64,000 bases of DNA, from the NCBI GenBank assembly GCA_027622005.1, contig JAQBZH010000003.1:41532-105531 (forward strand), given 5' to 3'. This document shows, piece after piece, positions 27,199 through 37,329 of the stretch; the first letter of the stretch is position 1; each line of letters begins with the position of its first letter. This DNA comes from Bacteroidota bacterium. Its GTDB lineage: Bacteria; Bacteroidota; Rhodothermia; Rhodothermales; UBA10348. The notes beneath the pieces were generated by a model. That model did not search any database and was not told the DNA's origin. It saw only the letters and a list, made by a program, of their open reading frames with translations. The translations under genes and the position numbers were made by a program.

Positions 27199-30105
27199 AT
27201 GAAATCTATCGTTCCCCGTTCGTCTTTTAGGGCGTTCCTATTTCTTGTGCTCGTTTTAGGCGGATGCGGATCTCCTAAAGGTGAATCTTCGGAATCGGAT
27301 GATGCTCCGATGGATGTCGATGTCGTACACCCTGACTCCATTCCCGAAGCACCCGTCCGATCTCCGCAGGAAGCATTAGCCGACTTCGAGGTCGAAGATG
27401 GCTTTGAAATTCAATTGGTAGCTGCCGAGCCGGATGTCGTCGACCCCGTGGCCCTTTCTTTCGACGAAGACGGCGCGATGTGGGTGGTTGAAATGCGCGA
27501 CTATATGGTCGGGCCGGAGGGAGACAAGACCGACAATCCTTCCGGGCGCATAGTGGTACTTCGAGACACCAATGGCGATGGATCGTACGAAACTTCGTCG
27601 GTGTTTATGGACCGCCTTTTTCTTCCCCGCGCGGTCGCGGTGTATGGGAAAGGCATTTTAGTGGCGGTACCCCCCAACCTTTTATTCGTGGAGCGGAAAG
27701 GATACGAAGCAGGGACAATCACGGTAGTGGACTCAGCCTACGCCATTGGAGGCAATCCGGAGCATCAACCCAACGGTTTGCTGGTTGCCATGGATAACTG
27801 GATTTATAGTGCCAAATCGGACCAAAGGTACCGTTTCCAAAATGGAAAATGGCTCAAGGAAACCACCCAGTACAGGGGTCAATGGGGCATTTCGCAGGAC
27901 GATTGGGGACGACTATTTTACAACAATAACAGCCAGACCCTGCTCGGCGATGATGTTCGGCCGAATACCACCCAGCTCAATCCGCATCACGATGTGGGGG
28001 ACAGGCAGCCGTATGGTCCAAGTAAGGCCACCAATAAAACGTACCCTCGAAGGGTAACGCCAGGCGTAAATCGAGCTTACCGACCAGGAGTTTTGGATGA
28101 AACGGGCCGACTGGTCGACGTGACTTCTGCGGCAGGACCTGTAATTTATCGTGGCGACCAATTTCCAGCAGCTTTTCGAGGAACGGCTTTCGTTCAGGAA
28201 ACGGCCGCCAACCTAGTTAAAAGGGTGGTTTTGGAAGATGTTGAAGGGAAAGTGGTCGGAAGCGAACCCTACGTTGGAAAAGAATTCTTGACCGCCACCG
28301 ATGAGCGATTTAGACCCGTCAACGGATATACGGCTCCTGATGGCAGCCTGTATTTGATCGATATGTATCGGGGAATTATTCAACACTCGACCTATTTGAC
28401 TGATTACCTGAAACGCCAAATCGAAAGCCGGGGACTGGCACAACCTCTTGGTCTTGGACGGATTTATCGGGTGAAGTGGGGTGCGACTCCGGTAGGGCCC
28501 ATGCCTCGGCTCAGTACGGCTAGTAACGAGGAACTTGTAAGGCATCTGACTCATCCGAATGGATGGTGGCGCGACGCCGCTCAGCGACTGCTGATCGAGC
28601 GGCGCGCCACGCGTATGGAAACCGCTTTGGCTGCTTTGGCGACCGGCGCACCGGACCCACGAACGCGAATCCATGCCTTGTGGACCCTTGAAGGACTGGG
28701 TAAACTGACCCCCACGACGCTCGAGCTGGCGTCCGGGTCTACCCATGCGAAAGTACAGGGATTGGTTGCGCAGTTGGCAGGTGCTACCGGAGGCGACCGA
28801 ATGTTAACCCTCCTGGAAATGATGGCTAAAAACAGTTCGACGGAGGTTTCTGCTTACGTGGCGGCGGCACTATCCAGATTTTATTCGAGCCACGAAAAGC
28901 GTGCGTATGCCGCCCAGTGGGCCATGGCGTTGCGTTTTCCTGAGTCCGGCCCGGTCGCAGACGTCATTGTCGGTTCTTTGGAAGATAAAGAGCAACACTT
29001 TTTGGACGTGGCGACTACTCGGCCCATCGGAACAGAGCGCTTTACAAACTCCCTCACGCAAGCTGCTGGAATGGCGCTGGTCAAGAATTTGGATGATGTT
29101 CGCCTGCTACCCGCCTCGTTCAATCCAAGTTTTGCTCGTGGGGAGGGTATTTATGCCAATTTCTGCGCAACTTGCCACGGACAAAACGGCGAAGGATTAC
29201 CGGCCACGGCGCCCCCACTTTTGCAGTCCCAATGGGTCCTTCAAGACGAAAAACGCCTGGTACGATTGACGCTTGATGGTCTTACCGGACCCATCGAGGT
29301 TCACGGTAAACGGTACGGCCCGCCCGAAATGCCCGGTGAAATGCCCGGGGTCCGTGATATGGCCTTCACGGATGTTCAATTGGCGGATGTGTTGACTTTC
29401 GTCCGAAACGCGTGGGGTAACCAGTCAGGAGGAATAACGCCTCCCACGGTTACTGAAGTTCGAAATTCGTCTCGGCGTGAACCCTGGACCGCAAAGGCAT
29501 TAATCGAGAGCGAAAAAGGATGGGCCCCGCTGTTCGACGGAAAGACGCTTTCCGGTTGGAAACAGCTTGGTGGAAAGGCCACGTATCGAGTTAGAAGGGG
29601 GGTGATCGAAGGAAAGACGGTTAAAGATTCTCCCAACTCATTCCTGGCAACCGAAAAAAAATACGAACATTTTATCCTCGAACTAGAGTTTTTGGTCGAT
29701 CCGCTACTGAATTCAGGTATTCAGATACGAAGCGAAAGTCGGCCTGACTACAAAAACGGCCAGGTCCACGGATATCAGGTCGAGATCGACCCCTCTGAGC
29801 GTGCGTGGACGGCAGGGATTTACGAAGAGGGTCGGCGAGGTTGGCTATTTAATCTGCAAGGCCGCGGTGCCGCCCAAAAAGCTTTCCGTCAGAACGAATG
29901 GAATCATGTTCGCATAGAGGCCCGTGGAGCCCATCTCCGAACCTGGCTCAACGGGGTGTTAGCAGCTGACCTCATTGATACCATGACACCCAGTGGTTTT
30001 ATCGCCCTGCAAGTTCATTCAATTAGTGATCCGAAACTCGAAGGGAAAGGGGTAAGCTGGCGCAATATTCGGATCAGGGAAATACCCGATTCCAAGAAGA
30101 ACTAG
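27199..30105 (+). CDS. PVC-type haem-binding CxxCH protein: membrane-bound-dehydrogenase-like domain, HEAT repeats, cytochrome c and a DUF1080 (3-keto-disaccharide hydrolase-like) domain
   Basis: It has a lipoprotein signal (LVLGGC) and the N-terminal block FEVEDGFEIQLVAAEPDVVDPVALSFDEDGAMWVVEMRDY. Further features are HPNGWWRDAAQRLL, the haem motif CATCHG, and a C-terminal WAPLFDGKTLSGWKQLG...GYQVEID...WNHVRIEARG..L..WLNG, which is a DUF1080 jelly-roll. Confidence 0.85.
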   Translation: MKSIVPRSSFRAFLFLVLVLGGCGSPKGESSESDDAPMDVDVVHPDSIPEAPVRSPQEALADFEVEDGFEIQLVAAEPDVVDPVALSFDEDGAMWVVEMRDYMVGPEGDKTDNPSGRIVVLRDTNGDGSYETSSVFMDRLFLPRAVAVYGKGILVAVPPNLLFVERKGYEAGTITVVDSAYAIGGNPEHQPNGLLVAMDNWIYSAKSDQRYRFQNGKWLKETTQYRGQWGISQDDWGRLFYNNNSQTLLGDDVRPNTTQLNPHHDVGDRQPYGPSKATNKTYPRRVTPGVNRAYRPGVLDETGRLVDVTSAAGPVIYRGDQFPAAFRGTAFVQETAANLVKRVVLEDVEGKVVGSEPYVGKEFLTATDERFRPVNGYTAPDGSLYLIDMYRGIIQHSTYLTDYLKRQIESRGLAQPLGLGRIYRVKWGATPVGPMPRLSTASNEELVRHLTHPNGWWRDAAQRLLIERRATRMETALAALATGAPDPRTRIHALWTLEGLGKLTPTTLELASGSTHAKVQGLVAQLAGATGGDRMLTLLEMMAKNSSTEVSAYVAAALSRFYSSHEKRAYAAQWAMALRFPESGPVADVIVGSLEDKEQHFLDVATTRPIGTERFTNSLTQAAGMALVKNLDDVRLLPASFNPSFARGEGIYANFCATCHGQNGEGLPATAPPLLQSQWVLQDEKRLVRLTLDGLTGPIEVHGKRYGPPEMPGEMPGVRDMAFTDVQLADVLTFVRNAWGNQSGGITPPTVTEVRNSSRREPWTAKALIESEKGWAPLFDGKTLSGWKQLGGKATYRVRRGVIEGKTVKDSPNSFLATEKKYEHFILELEFLVDPLLNSGIQIRSESRPDYKNGQVHGYQVEIDPSERAWTAGIYEEGRRGWLFNLQGRGAAQKAFRQNEWNHVRIEARGAHLRTWLNGVLAADLIDTMTPSGFIALQVHSISDPKLEGKGVSWRNIRIREIPDSKKN

Positions 30106-31598
30106 CGCTCCGGTACCTTGTAGAGCTCCAGGTTTGCGATCGTCAGCGCTGCTTTGCCCTTCAGTTCTACCGAAATGGCATCCGCTTCTACGGTCGGCCA
30201 CCGCACGATTCGGCGGTTTCCAATGGTTGTACCGCTGGCTACCTCCGTCCATTCATCGCCCTGGAGTACCCGGACCACAAACCCGGTAACTCGTTGTCCC
30301 AGAGGGATATACTCCTGAAGGAGAATCGTATTAACGGCGGTTGGCGAGTTGAATTCCACGCCCAGGCTGGCTTCGAGAGCATCATCTTTTGAGGCCCAAT
30401 AGGTATCCAAATCATCATCGACAACAAAACTTTCCAAAAACCGGAAGCTTCGGGTATGAGTCGCGACCAGATTACCAGCCGGAGCCAGGTTTTCGGCAAA
30501 CGCCTCATCCAAATAGGCTTTCAATTCGAGAAGGCGTTCTTCATCGTTCTCGTGGATGAGTCCACGGGCATCCACCGGAATATTCAACAGGAAATTTCCA
30601 TTCCTGCCGACAGAGGAATACCAGTTGTCTATTAGCCTGTCGAGGCTTTTTACTTTGTCGTCCTGGTCCGCGTGGTAAAACCATCCCGGACGAATGGACG
30701 TGTTGACCTCAGTTGGGAGCCATGCCTCGCCGTCCTCGTGACCGTGTTGGAGTTGGTCATTAACCCCGCCAATTCCCGGAAAAAACTCGCTGACATTCAG
30801 TGTGCTCCAATTGGTTTCCGCGGCATACCCCCTCTCGTTCCCAACCCAGCGGATATCGGGGCCCGCATCGCTAAAAATGACGGCATTGGGCTGGTGCTCG
30901 CGAACTACCGCTGCAAATCCAGGAAAATCATACTCTTGTTTCCTTCCATCCGGCCCTTCCCCATTCGCACCGTCAAACCATACTTCGAAGATGTCTCCGT
31001 AACCCGTCAACACTTCAGTCAACATCGATTTGAACACGTTGTTATATTCATCCGTCCCATATTTCGGGTGATTTCGATCCCAAGGCGACAGGTAAACGCC
31101 AAGTTTTAGGCCGAACTCTTCGCAGGCATCGGCTAATTCCCTTAGAACATCGCCCTGACCCTCTTTCCAAGCGCTCTCTCGAACGGTGTGAGTCGAGAAT
31201 GCGGACGGCCACAAAGCGAACCCGTCATGGTGCTTGGCTGTGATGATAACTCCTTCCATCCCTGCGGCCTTAATAACCCTGGCCCATTGCCGCGCATCGA
31301 ATTCAGTCGGATTGAAAACCTGCGGATCCTCGCTCCCTTGCCCCCATTCTACATCGGTAAACGTGTTGGGTCCAAAATGGATAAATGCGTAGTACTGCAG
31401 CTTGTGCCAATCGAGTTGACGCTCGCTTGGGAGGGCTCCTATGGGCGTTGGCGCGCCGACAGGTTCGCAAGCGCTGATCACCAAAAACAACATGGCCAAG
31501 GACCCCATCAGCCAACGTGACGACCCAATCGACCCATGTACGTGTTTCAGTATTTGATGAGACGGACCGGCGCTCGACATAGACATAAACGAAAACAA
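30102..31598 (-). CDS. GH29 alpha-L-fucosidase with a C-terminal F5/8-type-C-like domain
   Basis: YYAFIHFGPNTFTDVEWG, ITAKHHDGFALWPS, EVWFDGANGEG and a C-terminal discoidin-like region. Several in-frame Met precede the lipobox LVISAC, so the start is uncertain. Confidence 0.85.
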   Translation of the reverse strand: MFSFMSMSSAGPSHQILKHVHGSIGSSRWLMGSLAMLFLVISACEPVGAPTPIGALPSERQLDWHKLQYYAFIHFGPNTFTDVEWGQGSEDPQVFNPTEFDARQWARVIKAAGMEGVIITAKHHDGFALWPSAFSTHTVRESAWKEGQGDVLRELADACEEFGLKLGVYLSPWDRNHPKYGTDEYNNVFKSMLTEVLTGYGDIFEVWFDGANGEGPDGRKQEYDFPGFAAVVREHQPNAVIFSDAGPDIRWVGNERGYAAETNWSTLNVSEFFPGIGGVNDQLQHGHEDGEAWLPTEVNTSIRPGWFYHADQDDKVKSLDRLIDNWYSSVGRNGNFLLNIPVDARGLIHENDEERLLELKAYLDEAFAENLAPAGNLVATHTRSFRFLESFVVDDDLDTYWASKDDALEASLGVEFNSPTAVNTILLQEYIPLGQRVTGFVVRVLQGDEWTEVASGTTIGNRRIVRWPTVEADAISVELKGKAALTIANLELYKVPER

Positions 31599-31795
31599 AG
31601 GCGTAAATAAATGAATCGCTCAAGATACATATTTCGACGGTGTCTGTTGAAAAATAGGCTACATTTACACCTCCTTTTGACACCGTTATGTGCTTGGTGT
31701 CTTTGGCCCGCTGATTAAGAGGCCGGTAGCTGTATTCAAATGGATCGAATCGACGTGATCACGCCCTTAACCTTTGCCCGTAGGATGATAGAATT

Positions 31796-32260
31796 ATGGT
31801 AAACGGATTAAACTTGAAGGTGCCGCCTGTTTTGGTTGGCGTAGTGGTAGGATGCTTACAATGGGGCGTAACACGCCTAATACCTCAGCTGGCGATCGAC
31901 GTCAGATTTCAACTTCCGCTAGCCCTTTTCGTGACTTTGACGGGGTGTGCACTAATTTTCCTGGGTACCTGGACGTTTAAAAAACACGCGACCACATTAA
32001 ATCCTCTGACGCCTCGCGATGCGAGTGCCCTGGTCACATCGGGCGTGTATAGATGGACTCGCAACCCAATGTATTTGGGGATGATGATAATACTCGTCGG
32101 TTGGTCCATCGGGCTCGGAAATATCGGTGCGACTGCCCTGGTCCTTGTCTTTGGAGCGTACATCACCCAATTCCAAATCAAGCCAGAAGAAGCCATTCTT
32201 ACGGACCTTTTTCCGGATGATTATCCCGTGTTTTGCGACCGAACCAACCGGTGGTTGTAG
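31796..32260 (+). CDS. Isoprenylcysteine carboxyl / phospholipid methyltransferase-family membrane protein
   Basis: Four TM segments and the ICMT/PEMT motif TSGVYRWTRNPMYLGMMIILVGW ... EE..L...F..Y..F. Confidence 0.75.
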   Translation: MVNGLNLKVPPVLVGVVVGCLQWGVTRLIPQLAIDVRFQLPLALFVTLTGCALIFLGTWTFKKHATTLNPLTPRDASALVTSGVYRWTRNPMYLGMMIILVGWSIGLGNIGATALVLVFGAYITQFQIKPEEAILTDLFPDDYPVFCDRTNRWL

Positions 32261-32264
32261 GACG

Positions 32265-34352
32265 TTAGGCCGTTGCCGGAAGTCCTTTCTTAACTGCTTT
32301 CCCTTTCGGTGCTGATGGCGAATGGGCACACGGAAAATAAACCGTGAAAGTGGTACCCCGTTCGGGTATGCTATCAACTTCGATCCTACCGCCCTGCCTA
32401 ACAATCAGTTTATGGGCAATAGTCAGCCCCAAACCTGAGCCTTCGTGGGAGCGATCGGCTTCCATATGCTCCTGCCTGAATTCATCGTAGAGAAACGGAA
32501 TAAAGTTCTTCGAAATCCCAACGCCGGTGTCTTCGACTTTGAGACAGACCTCGTTTTCGACCCGGCTTACGCTGACTTCGACATGCCCTTGTTCGGTAAA
32601 TTTGATCGCATTTCCGACCAAATTGTTCACAATTCCCTGCAAACCGTTCTTATCTAGGTTACAGAATTGCCGCGGCTGTGTCTGAACTCTGAGGTCGATT
32701 CCTTTTTTGACCGCCAGCGAAGTTAATATGTGCAGGCTATCTCGCACTACCGAAGAGACGTCCACTTCTTCTAACCGAAATGATTCTTTGTTGGCTTCCA
32801 GCTTGGACAGATCCAGCACCGAGTTGATGGTGTTGAGCAACCGATTAGACGCGTCCTGAATCAATCCGGTAAACTCTCTTAGGTCTTCATGCACTTCCTC
32901 GTGCAATACTTGAGCAAAACCGATAATACCACTTAGAGGGGTGCGAATTTCATGGCTCATGTTGGCCAAAAAGGCCGTTTTTAACCGCGCCATTTCTTCA
33001 GCTCGATCGCGTTCTGTGATCAGTTCTTGTTCATATCTCTCCTGATCCTCTCGGTGTTTATGCTGTCCGAGCGCGATGGAAATAAGGTCGGCCACGTCTC
33101 GTACGGACGTAATATCGCCGTCCGAAAAAGCCTCCGGTTTATCTTCAGAAACGATTATTGCGCCGACAATGGTATCCCCAATGGTCAGCATGGCTCGGCC
33201 ATAGCTGACCATCCCTTCTTTAACAAGCTTGGCTTCGGCCTCTGTTTGGTCGTTTAGACTTCGAAGATCCGCGATATAGAGCCAGGGGGTGGAAGCCTGT
33301 CGCATGCTAGAAAGCTGATAAGCGTGCCCCATGGAAACGGCGCCCTTAGGAGTTCCAATTGAGCCAAGTATTTTTAATTCTTGTGACTCAGGAACCACTT
33401 GTAGTATTTCAACGCGGTCGCATCCCAAAAGCTTTTTTGTTTGTTCGAGCGCCGTTCTCACAACGGAGTCCAGCGTGTCTTCGGAGACCAACAGGCGCTC
33501 AATCACGTTTAGAGCCGTTAGGCGGTCCGCGTACTTGGCGAGGGAGATTTGCGCTTTAGTGCGTTCTTCGACCTCGATTTCCAAGGCGCTTTTTTGCCGT
33601 TCCAAGTTCTTATTCAGGGCTTCTAGATCCGCAAATGCGGACTCCATAGCATTTTCCAGCAAATAGCGATAGCGTTGCTCGCTTTCCTTGAGCTCTGCCT
33701 CCGTTTTCTGCTGTTCATTCACTTTAGATTCGAGCGTCCCCTTCTGCTGAGAAAGATCTTGCTGAAGTTTCTTAAGCCGAGATACCCGGCCTTCTGTCTG
33801 ATTTATTTGATGTATGGAGACAAATATCCCAACTGATAGCAATACTAGTACGAACCCTATCCACAGAAAAAATTGGCGATTTTTGCGAATATTGGATTTA
33901 AACGACGCGTCAGTCATTCCCAGATGAATGATCGCTGTCGTAGAATCTGTCAAATCGGCCAGTAGCCTTGTTTGTACAAAACCCCCGTCCTCTATATCGG
34001 GGCTGTTCAAAGTGGGGGCCTCATATCCTAATCGAACGGCACCTGCTTCATTGATTCCGCCAAGCGGCGCACCAGACTCGTCTGTAATGACCAGATACGT
34101 TAGATTTTTTAGCCCTTTAGCTAAGTCAACGGCTTCGTTTATTCGAATGGAGGAGGATGTTGAAAAATCATCCTTTAATCGGCTTGCCAGAATATTCGCG
34201 GCCAGGGTCGTTGACGCATCGAGATGGGCCAATTCCCTTTTTGCCAGCCTATTTGGCACGATCATAATGATCGCTGACGCTACAATAGGCATCAAAACCC
34301 CAACAATAATTAGGGTCCATGTGTGTCCGTGATACTTAAAAATGCGTGACAA
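32265..34352 (-). CDS. Membrane sensor histidine kinase with GAF domain (no cognate response regulator adjacent)
   Basis: Two TM segments flank a periplasmic region of about 150 aa. A coiled coil and a GAF-like region follow, then the H-box FLANMSHEIRTPLSGIIGF, the N-box NLVGNAIKFT and the G-boxes EDTGVGI / GSGLGLTI. Confidence 0.85.
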   Translation of the reverse strand: MSRIFKYHGHTWTLIIVGVLMPIVASAIIMIVPNRLAKRELAHLDASTTLAANILASRLKDDFSTSSSIRINEAVDLAKGLKNLTYLVITDESGAPLGGINEAGAVRLGYEAPTLNSPDIEDGGFVQTRLLADLTDSTTAIIHLGMTDASFKSNIRKNRQFFLWIGFVLVLLSVGIFVSIHQINQTEGRVSRLKKLQQDLSQQKGTLESKVNEQQKTEAELKESEQRYRYLLENAMESAFADLEALNKNLERQKSALEIEVEERTKAQISLAKYADRLTALNVIERLLVSEDTLDSVVRTALEQTKKLLGCDRVEILQVVPESQELKILGSIGTPKGAVSMGHAYQLSSMRQASTPWLYIADLRSLNDQTEAEAKLVKEGMVSYGRAMLTIGDTIVGAIIVSEDKPEAFSDGDITSVRDVADLISIALGQHKHREDQERYEQELITERDRAEEMARLKTAFLANMSHEIRTPLSGIIGFAQVLHEEVHEDLREFTGLIQDASNRLLNTINSVLDLSKLEANKESFRLEEVDVSSVVRDSLHILTSLAVKKGIDLRVQTQPRQFCNLDKNGLQGIVNNLVGNAIKFTEQGHVEVSVSRVENEVCLKVEDTGVGISKNFIPFLYDEFRQEHMEADRSHEGSGLGLTIAHKLIVRQGGRIEVDSIPERGTTFTVYFPCAHSPSAPKGKAVKKGLPATA

Positions 34353-34489
34353 AGAGATTTCGAGGGTTTTACAGAAACGAGTTAGGAAGGGTATCGGACA
34401 GACTATTGAAATAGTTAATCTGCACAGGGGCCGTTATCTCCGTTATATTGCATTTTTATTACAGGCAAGCCTCGGTAAGACCGGAAACT

Positions 34490-36229
34490 ATGAGCAATAA
34501 GCGTTGGCAACTGAGAAAGGTAGAGGAAGAGGCACTTGTCGAAAGGCTTCAGGAGGCCCTAAACGACCTTCCGCTGCCTCTAGCTCGGGCATTGGCACTG
34601 AGAGGTGTGGATTCAATGGACGGAGCCAAAGATTTTTTCCGTTCAGGAATCGATCGTTTGCATGACCCTTTCCTTATGGTTGATATGGAGTTGGCGGCAA
34701 ACCGGATTGTCGCGGCCGTGAAGTCCTCGGAGCGAATCGTGGTCTACGGCGATTATGATGTAGACGGTACAACCTCAACGGCATTGCTGACGCATTTTCT
34801 TTCTGGCCTCGGAGCGGACGTTCAATTTTTCATCCCCGATCGATTCAAACACGGCTACGGTCTCAGTGAAATGGGCCTGAATGACGTAAAGGAGATGGGT
34901 GCGAGTTTGGTAATCGCGCTCGATTGCGGAGTGACATCGGTGCGTGAAGCGCGTTTTGCCAAAACGCTAGGCCTCGATTTGATCATTTGTGACCATCATA
35001 CGCCTGCTGACGAATTGCCGGATGCGGTGGCCGTATTAGACGCCAAACGAAGCGATTGTCCTTACCCATTTAAAGAGCTGTGTGGATGCGCCGTCACCAT
35101 GAAACTGGCTCAAGCCGTGCAGACTAGGCTCAGTCTCGACCCAAACGAGCTCTATGAGTACCTGGATCTAGTTGGGATAGCTACGGCAAGCGATGTGGTG
35201 TCCCTGACAGGGGAAAATCGGATTTTGCTGCGAGAGGGCATTTTAAAGTTGCGCTCAAATCCTCGCATTGGTCTTCGAATGTTGGCCGAACAGGCCGATG
35301 TCCGACTCAGCGATTGCGACGCGAGAATGATCGTTTTTAACCTGGGGCCCCGAATAAATGCGGCCGGAAGACTGGGGGATGCGGCGCGCGCCGTCACGCT
35401 GTTACTGTCGGACTCCGAACTCGAAGCGGTGGCGCGCGCGCGCCAGCTCGAACGCCTCAACGACGAGCGGCGCGAGCTAGATCGCCAAACGCAGGACGAA
35501 GCGTTCAAAATGGCTGATCTATTGCTGGCGAAAGGACAACGGCACACCGTTGTCCTGCATCACCCAGAATGGCATTTGGGGGTAATCGGAATCGTAGCGA
35601 GCCGACTTGTTGATCGTCATTTCCGACCCGCCGTAATGTTGGCAAATTCCGGTGATTTAGTCAAAGGCAGTGCGCGTTCTATCAGTGGAATAAACATTCA
35701 TCAAGCCCTTCAATCTTGTAGCGACCTTTTGGTCGAGTTTGGGGGACACGATTACGCCGCCGGCGTCACTCTCCGCCCTGAAAATGTGTCGGCTTTCATC
35801 GAACGATTCGATCAAGCCGTAGCCGGATCCGTTACCCCGGATATTCTTGAGCCCATTATTGAAGTCGATTCTATGATGGATTTGTCTGTATTGGACAAAC
35901 GGTTTTGGGCCGTGTTAAAACAATTTGAACCGTTTGGAGCCAACAATTCAGAGCCGATTTTCTGGTCTGAACACCTCGAAGTGGTTGGTCCCGTGGCCAC
36001 AGTCGGGCGAGATCGATCCCATTTAAAGTTTGCCGTCCGAAATCCAGCTAATGGAGAGCCTGCACGTGATGTGATCGGCTTTGGGCTCGGAAAGCATTTG
36101 GACAAAGTGGTCGAAAGCCAGCAGCGGGGTAAATCGCTTGACTTACTGTTTAGTATTCAGGAAAATACCTTTAACGGTCGTACCAAGTTACAATTGCTAG
36201 CCAAGGACCTCCGTCTAACCGAAAATTGA
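34490..36229 (+). CDS. recJ: Single-stranded-DNA-specific exonuclease RecJ
   Basis: ATG at 34490 (MSNKRWQL..). DHH motifs are present (VVYGDYDVDGTTS, ALDCG, ICDHH), together with the DHHA1 motif GGHDYAAG. Confidence 0.9.
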   Translation: MSNKRWQLRKVEEEALVERLQEALNDLPLPLARALALRGVDSMDGAKDFFRSGIDRLHDPFLMVDMELAANRIVAAVKSSERIVVYGDYDVDGTTSTALLTHFLSGLGADVQFFIPDRFKHGYGLSEMGLNDVKEMGASLVIALDCGVTSVREARFAKTLGLDLIICDHHTPADELPDAVAVLDAKRSDCPYPFKELCGCAVTMKLAQAVQTRLSLDPNELYEYLDLVGIATASDVVSLTGENRILLREGILKLRSNPRIGLRMLAEQADVRLSDCDARMIVFNLGPRINAAGRLGDAARAVTLLLSDSELEAVARARQLERLNDERRELDRQTQDEAFKMADLLLAKGQRHTVVLHHPEWHLGVIGIVASRLVDRHFRPAVMLANSGDLVKGSARSISGINIHQALQSCSDLLVEFGGHDYAAGVTLRPENVSAFIERFDQAVAGSVTPDILEPIIEVDSMMDLSVLDKRFWAVLKQFEPFGANNSEPIFWSEHLEVVGPVATVGRDRSHLKFAVRNPANGEPARDVIGFGLGKHLDKVVESQQRGKSLDLLFSIQENTFNGRTKLQLLAKDLRLTEN

Positions 36230-36262
36230 TCCTCAGATTTTTTTCCCAAAGCCTTTGGGAAC

Positions 36263-36278
36263 ACTTGTTATTACAAGT
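36263..36278. promoter_or_regulatory. 16-bp palindrome ACTTGTTATTACAAGT, 32 nt upstream of the YeeE start; candidate operator
   Basis: Read directly from the sequence. The identical 16-mer recurs at 57407-57422, and a same-arm variant lies at 47975-47990. The sequence is certain; the confidence value refers to the operator function. Confidence 0.55.
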
Positions 36279-36309
36279 AAGTACAAGACGCCAAAACAAC
36301 TGAGTCTAT

Positions 36310-36864
36310 ATGATTGAATTCCTTTCTCAACCGTGGCCATGGTACGTCGCAGGGCCTCTAATCGGTATCGTTGTGCCGGCTTTGCTCCTTCTAGGCGGCA
36401 AACAGTTCGGTATTTCGGAAAATCTACGCCATATGTGCGCCATGATTCCGTCCAAAGTCGAGTTATTTCAGTACGACTGGAAAAGCGGGCTGTGGAATTT
36501 GACCCTTATTTTTGGAGTCGTTCTGGGTGGGTGGATTGGAGTGACTTGGCTCGAAAATCCCGATCCGGTTGCCATTTCTGAAGCCACTCGTAGCGATCTG
36601 GCAGCGCTCGGAATCTCCAATTTTAGCGGTCTTGTGCCTTCCGAACTCTTTTCTTGGGAGAGTCTAACGAGTGGGCCTGGAATCATATTAATCGTCGTGG
36701 GCGGTTTCTTGGTCGGTTTTGGTACGCGATATGCTGGCGGATGTACCTCTGGCCACGCCATTTCGGGCCTAGCCGACCTTCAGTTGCCTTCGCTCATCGC
36801 AGTCATCGGCTTCTTTGCTGGTGGATTGATTGCGACGTATTTCCTTTTACCGATTATTCTGTGA
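36310..36864 (+). CDS. YeeE/YedE-family sulfur-compound transport protein, first half-size paralogue
   Basis: A four-to-five-TM protein with the conserved Cys motif YAGGCTSGHAISG that is typical of YeeE/YedE. Confidence 0.8.
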   Translation: MIEFLSQPWPWYVAGPLIGIVVPALLLLGGKQFGISENLRHMCAMIPSKVELFQYDWKSGLWNLTLIFGVVLGGWIGVTWLENPDPVAISEATRSDLAALGISNFSGLVPSELFSWESLTSGPGIILIVVGGFLVGFGTRYAGGCTSGHAISGLADLQLPSLIAVIGFFAGGLIATYFLLPIIL

Positions 36865-36871
36865 GGACCCA

Positions 36872-37315
36872 ATGAGCGATAAGAAACCCAACAGACCAAT
36901 GTATTTGCTGCCCTATCTGCTGATAGGCATCTATTTTGGAATCGTTTTTACCAAATCGGAAGTCATTTCCTGGTTTAGAATCCAAGAAATGTTTCGATTC
37001 CAGTCTTTTCACATGTACGGGATTATCGGAAGCGCCGTCCTAGTCGCTTTGCTTTCCGTGCAGTGGATAAAACGGACAAAGAAAAGAGATCTGGATGGCG
37101 TGGAAATCGTCATCCCACCGAAGGACATGGGCACAGGTACCCGATACTGGATGGGAGGAACCATCTTTGGACTGGGCTGGGCGCTGACGGGGGCTTGTCC
37201 CGGACCCATGTTTGCTCTCGTGGGAAATGGCATTACCGTTATGGTAGTAGCGATTGTGTCCGCCGTGGCAGGAACGTTTACGTACGGTGTGCTTCGATCC
37301 AGATTACCCCATTAA
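36872..37315 (+). CDS. YeeE/YedE-family sulfur-compound transport protein, second half-size paralogue
   Basis: ATG at 36872 (MSDKKPNRPMYLL..), 8 nt after the preceding stop. Four TM segments and the motif GWALTGACPGPMF. Confidence 0.8.
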   Translation: MSDKKPNRPMYLLPYLLIGIYFGIVFTKSEVISWFRIQEMFRFQSFHMYGIIGSAVLVALLSVQWIKRTKKRDLDGVEIVIPPKDMGTGTRYWMGGTIFGLGWALTGACPGPMFALVGNGITVMVVAIVSAVAGTFTYGVLRSRLPH

Positions 37316-37329
37316 ACAACCGACTTACT

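Noticed and set aside
34402-34415. The 14-bp palindrome ACTATTGAAATAGT in the divergent histidine-kinase/recJ spacer
   Set aside because: It is a single AT-rich occurrence with no second copy in the window. That is insufficient to separate it from chance in an AT-rich promoter region.
36246-36262. The palindrome CCCAAAG-C-CTTTGGG after recJ as a terminator
   Set aside because: The loop would be only 1-3 nt, and the T-run lies upstream rather than downstream of the stem on the recJ strand, so it does not fit an intrinsic terminator. It may merely flank the adjacent operator-like palindrome.
37063-37329. The N-terminal 89 codons of the 572-aa ORF that contains the PDO-rhodanese gene
   Set aside because: This stretch lies entirely inside the second YeeE/YedE paralogue in another frame and is Arg/Gly-rich with no MBL similarity. 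The conserved MBL N-terminus starts at the ATG at 37330.
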